Part shown: positions 61,985 to 64,000 of the stretch, piece after piece
Numbering within the stretch: position 1 is the first letter of the stretch
Layout of the letters: each line of letters starts with the position of its first letter
Source: Candidatus Poribacteria bacterium
Lineage (GTDB): Bacteria > Poribacteria > WGA-4E > JAJDTR01
Direction: 5' to 3'
Assembly: GCA_965222225.1 (NCBI GenBank)
Contig: CBDCTK010000002.1
Span: 2,944,001-3,008,000, forward strand
Length of the DNA stretch: 64,000 nt
Program-made: the position numbers and the translations under genes
Notes under the pieces: model-generated
The model's database searches: none
What the model was told of the DNA's origin: nothing
The model's input: only the letters and a program-made list of their open reading frames with translations

Positions 61985-62395
61985 ATGCTAAATATCAGAG
62001 CGATGTGGTTTCTTGCATCTGTTATTTGGATTATGTGCTTCGGCGGTTGCGCGACAAGAAATTCAATGCTTAGTGCACCTCTTGGCGCAGGTCGTTCACA
62101 AACATTTAATTCAGCATATGACACAGTTGTCAAAGCAGTTCGCGATGCTGTCATTGCATCTGGATTTGCTATTGACACAACTTCCGAATTTGGCAATGAG
62201 ACTTTCGTGATGGTTGCGAAAAAAGATGCCTCAGGATGGAGTTGGGGTGAATTAGTCCGAGTGACGATTCAGGGAGTTAGTGAAGACGAAACCATAGTTA
62301 GGGTGTATACAGCAAGGAGATTGGCAACCAACATTACTGCCAGAGGTGACTGGGCGGATACGGTGTTTGCAAACATTGCATTGGAGCTAAGATAG
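61985..62395 (+). CDS. Hypothetical lipoprotein
   Basis: Hydrophobic leader ending FGGC; SWGELVRV motif. Confidence 0.6.
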   Translation: MLNIRAMWFLASVIWIMCFGGCATRNSMLSAPLGAGRSQTFNSAYDTVVKAVRDAVIASGFAIDTTSEFGNETFVMVAKKDASGWSWGELVRVTIQGVSEDETIVRVYTARRLATNITARGDWADTVFANIALELR

Positions 62396-62508
62396 GATTG
62401 TTCCATGACGGGGATTGCTTGTGAGGAAACTCCCTTGCTGGGCAGAGTTGCTAAACTAGAGCGTACCTACATCGCAGACTTTCTCAATTCATCCATCGTC
62501 TTCCGAAA

Positions 62509-63561
62509 CTAGAGCAGGTAGGATACCGCCATTGATAGCGTGGGGCCGACCTCGAAAGCATCGCCATCGTCTGACAGGACTCGGCTTTGAATCGGGAATA
62601 TCACGTTCAGCCGGATGGGAACGCCAAATCTCGGATCGGGCGTCACGCCGAACTGTAGGGCATTGAAAATCAGACCGGAGTTGATGTCGCGGTTTCCGTC
62701 CCAGTAGGCGAAAGATTGGAATAGTCCCAGATGGCTCGCATGCAGTGCCAGCCAATCCTCGACTTGATATCGTATACCTACGGTTTCAGTGACATCCACG
62801 GAGCCGCGATAGGTCTTGTCGTTCTCGTAAAATGGGAAGTGACCGTGTATCGAGGCGTTGAGCGAGAGTGCCCCGGACAACGGGGTTTCGTAGTGTAACG
62901 CCGCTATCGGATCGAATGTGCCGGCGCCGAACTGGATGTGAAGGTGTTTTAAGCCGGCGTCTCCCAGTTTGAACGGATCCGCCTCTGTCGCCCCGACCGG
63001 TATACTGGTCCCGAGCGACACCATCAAGATATCGTCGTCGCGCAGTAGGTTTGCGAGTTTGCGCGAAACGAGCAGGTGCGCATCCGCAAATCCGCGGTAC
63101 ACCTCGTTGCGATGGTGGATTTCTTGGTTACCGAGGATTGCGCGGCGTTCTTCCAACGTCACGGGCGCAATCTCGTCAATGAAGGCGTCCTGATTCTTGA
63201 TGTCGTAGGGCAAACTCAACGCGACATCCCAATCAGCCGTGTGGCGATAGGCGATATCAAGTTGAAAGCGTAAAAAATCCAAGGAAACGCGATGACGATG
63301 CAGCGGAACTTGAATCACCTCACCTGTTGAGGAAAGCCCCTTTGTCTCCAGGTGTCCACCGTCGGCATCAAATCCCCGTAGCAGGTTGAGGGAAAACCGG
63401 AATTTTCCGATGTCTTCAGAAGTCGAACCGACTCCACCAATCCCGCTCCGCGGAATCACAGGATTACTTCACGCGCCGCAGGACTCTTGCGCGTACGAGA
63501 GCGGTGAGAGAAGCTGGAAACTTGCCAGGATTATAGTTAAGAAAAGTTTGATTCTTCGCAT
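62509..63561 (-). CDS. Secreted/outer-membrane beta-barrel-like protein with N-terminal CxxU (candidate selenoprotein)
   Basis: MRRIKLFLTIILASFQLLSPLSYAQESCGA-TGA-SNPVIP is in frame with the 316-aa ORF. A hairpin follows the UGA, and the C-terminus is an amphipathic strand ending VSYLL. Confidence 0.75.
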
Positions 63562-63727
63562 AGGAAAGTCGATTTACAATGTCCGTTATACTGCTAAAAT
63601 ATACAAAGTCATCAAACGTGCTTCGTACGGTTCTCACCATCACTATAGGAATCGGTACACCCCGCTATATGTAGCGGATCCTGCTACATATAAAACCATC
63701 GAAAGTCTAAGGATATTGTTGCCGTGT

Positions 63728-63958
63728 TTATTCGCGGGTGTTTTGGGAGATTCCCATGAAATCCTTCCAGTCAATTCCTAGATTTCGAATAGCAGAACGG
63801 ATTGTACCTATTTTTAAATCATTAGCCCCATGAACTGGATTAACCACAGTCTTGTTAGCGAAAGGATTATACCATTTGCGGTGGGATCCACGCCTGGGAG
63901 TGTGCCTGCTTTCGCAACCAAGCGCCTTCAGTCTTCGAGCTACCTCTTGATATTTCAC
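63728..63958 (-). CDS. hicA: HicA-family toxin
   Basis: RGSH, VNPVHG.DLKIGTIRSAIRNLGI. Confidence 0.85.
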   Translation of the reverse strand: MKYQEVARRLKALGCESRHTPRRGSHRKWYNPFANKTVVNPVHGANDLKIGTIRSAIRNLGIDWKDFMGISQNTRE

Positions 63959-64000
63959 AGGATTGTAGCCTTTGGTTCTAAATTAGAAACTGTAGCTTGA

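Overview
Bacterial window, probably Candidatus Poribacteria. This is an inference from the internalin-type LRR/dockerin protein, two C-terminal K-x-ATTWG motifs, a DUF6785-like membrane protein and several sulfatases, PhyH dioxygenases and beta-propeller hydrolases. Catabolic genes flank a decaying defence island at about 10-36 kb. The island holds a type III restriction subunit, an ImmA/IrrE protein, a TIGR04255-led three-gene module and an MNT relic. It also holds a type III Mod gene split by an IS1595 element, a nonsense-interrupted UvrD helicase, ATPase+DUF4276, IetAS and an ATPase+small nuclease-like pair. Three unannotated signals stand out. (1) A ~37-nt dispersed element occurs in more than 20 copies. 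Its four hypervariable dinucleotides co-vary as base pairs around tandem G-A mismatches, and it inserts into REP palindromes, into itself and into genes. (2) A four-helix-bundle gene cassette lies in the +1 frame inside the Mod coding sequence, with its core replaced by that element. (3) Two secreted proteins have in-frame UGA codons in CxxU and UxC contexts and are candidate selenoproteins. No rRNA, tRNA, CRISPR array or reverse transcriptase was seen. Family assignments come from motif recognition by eye, not database searches.
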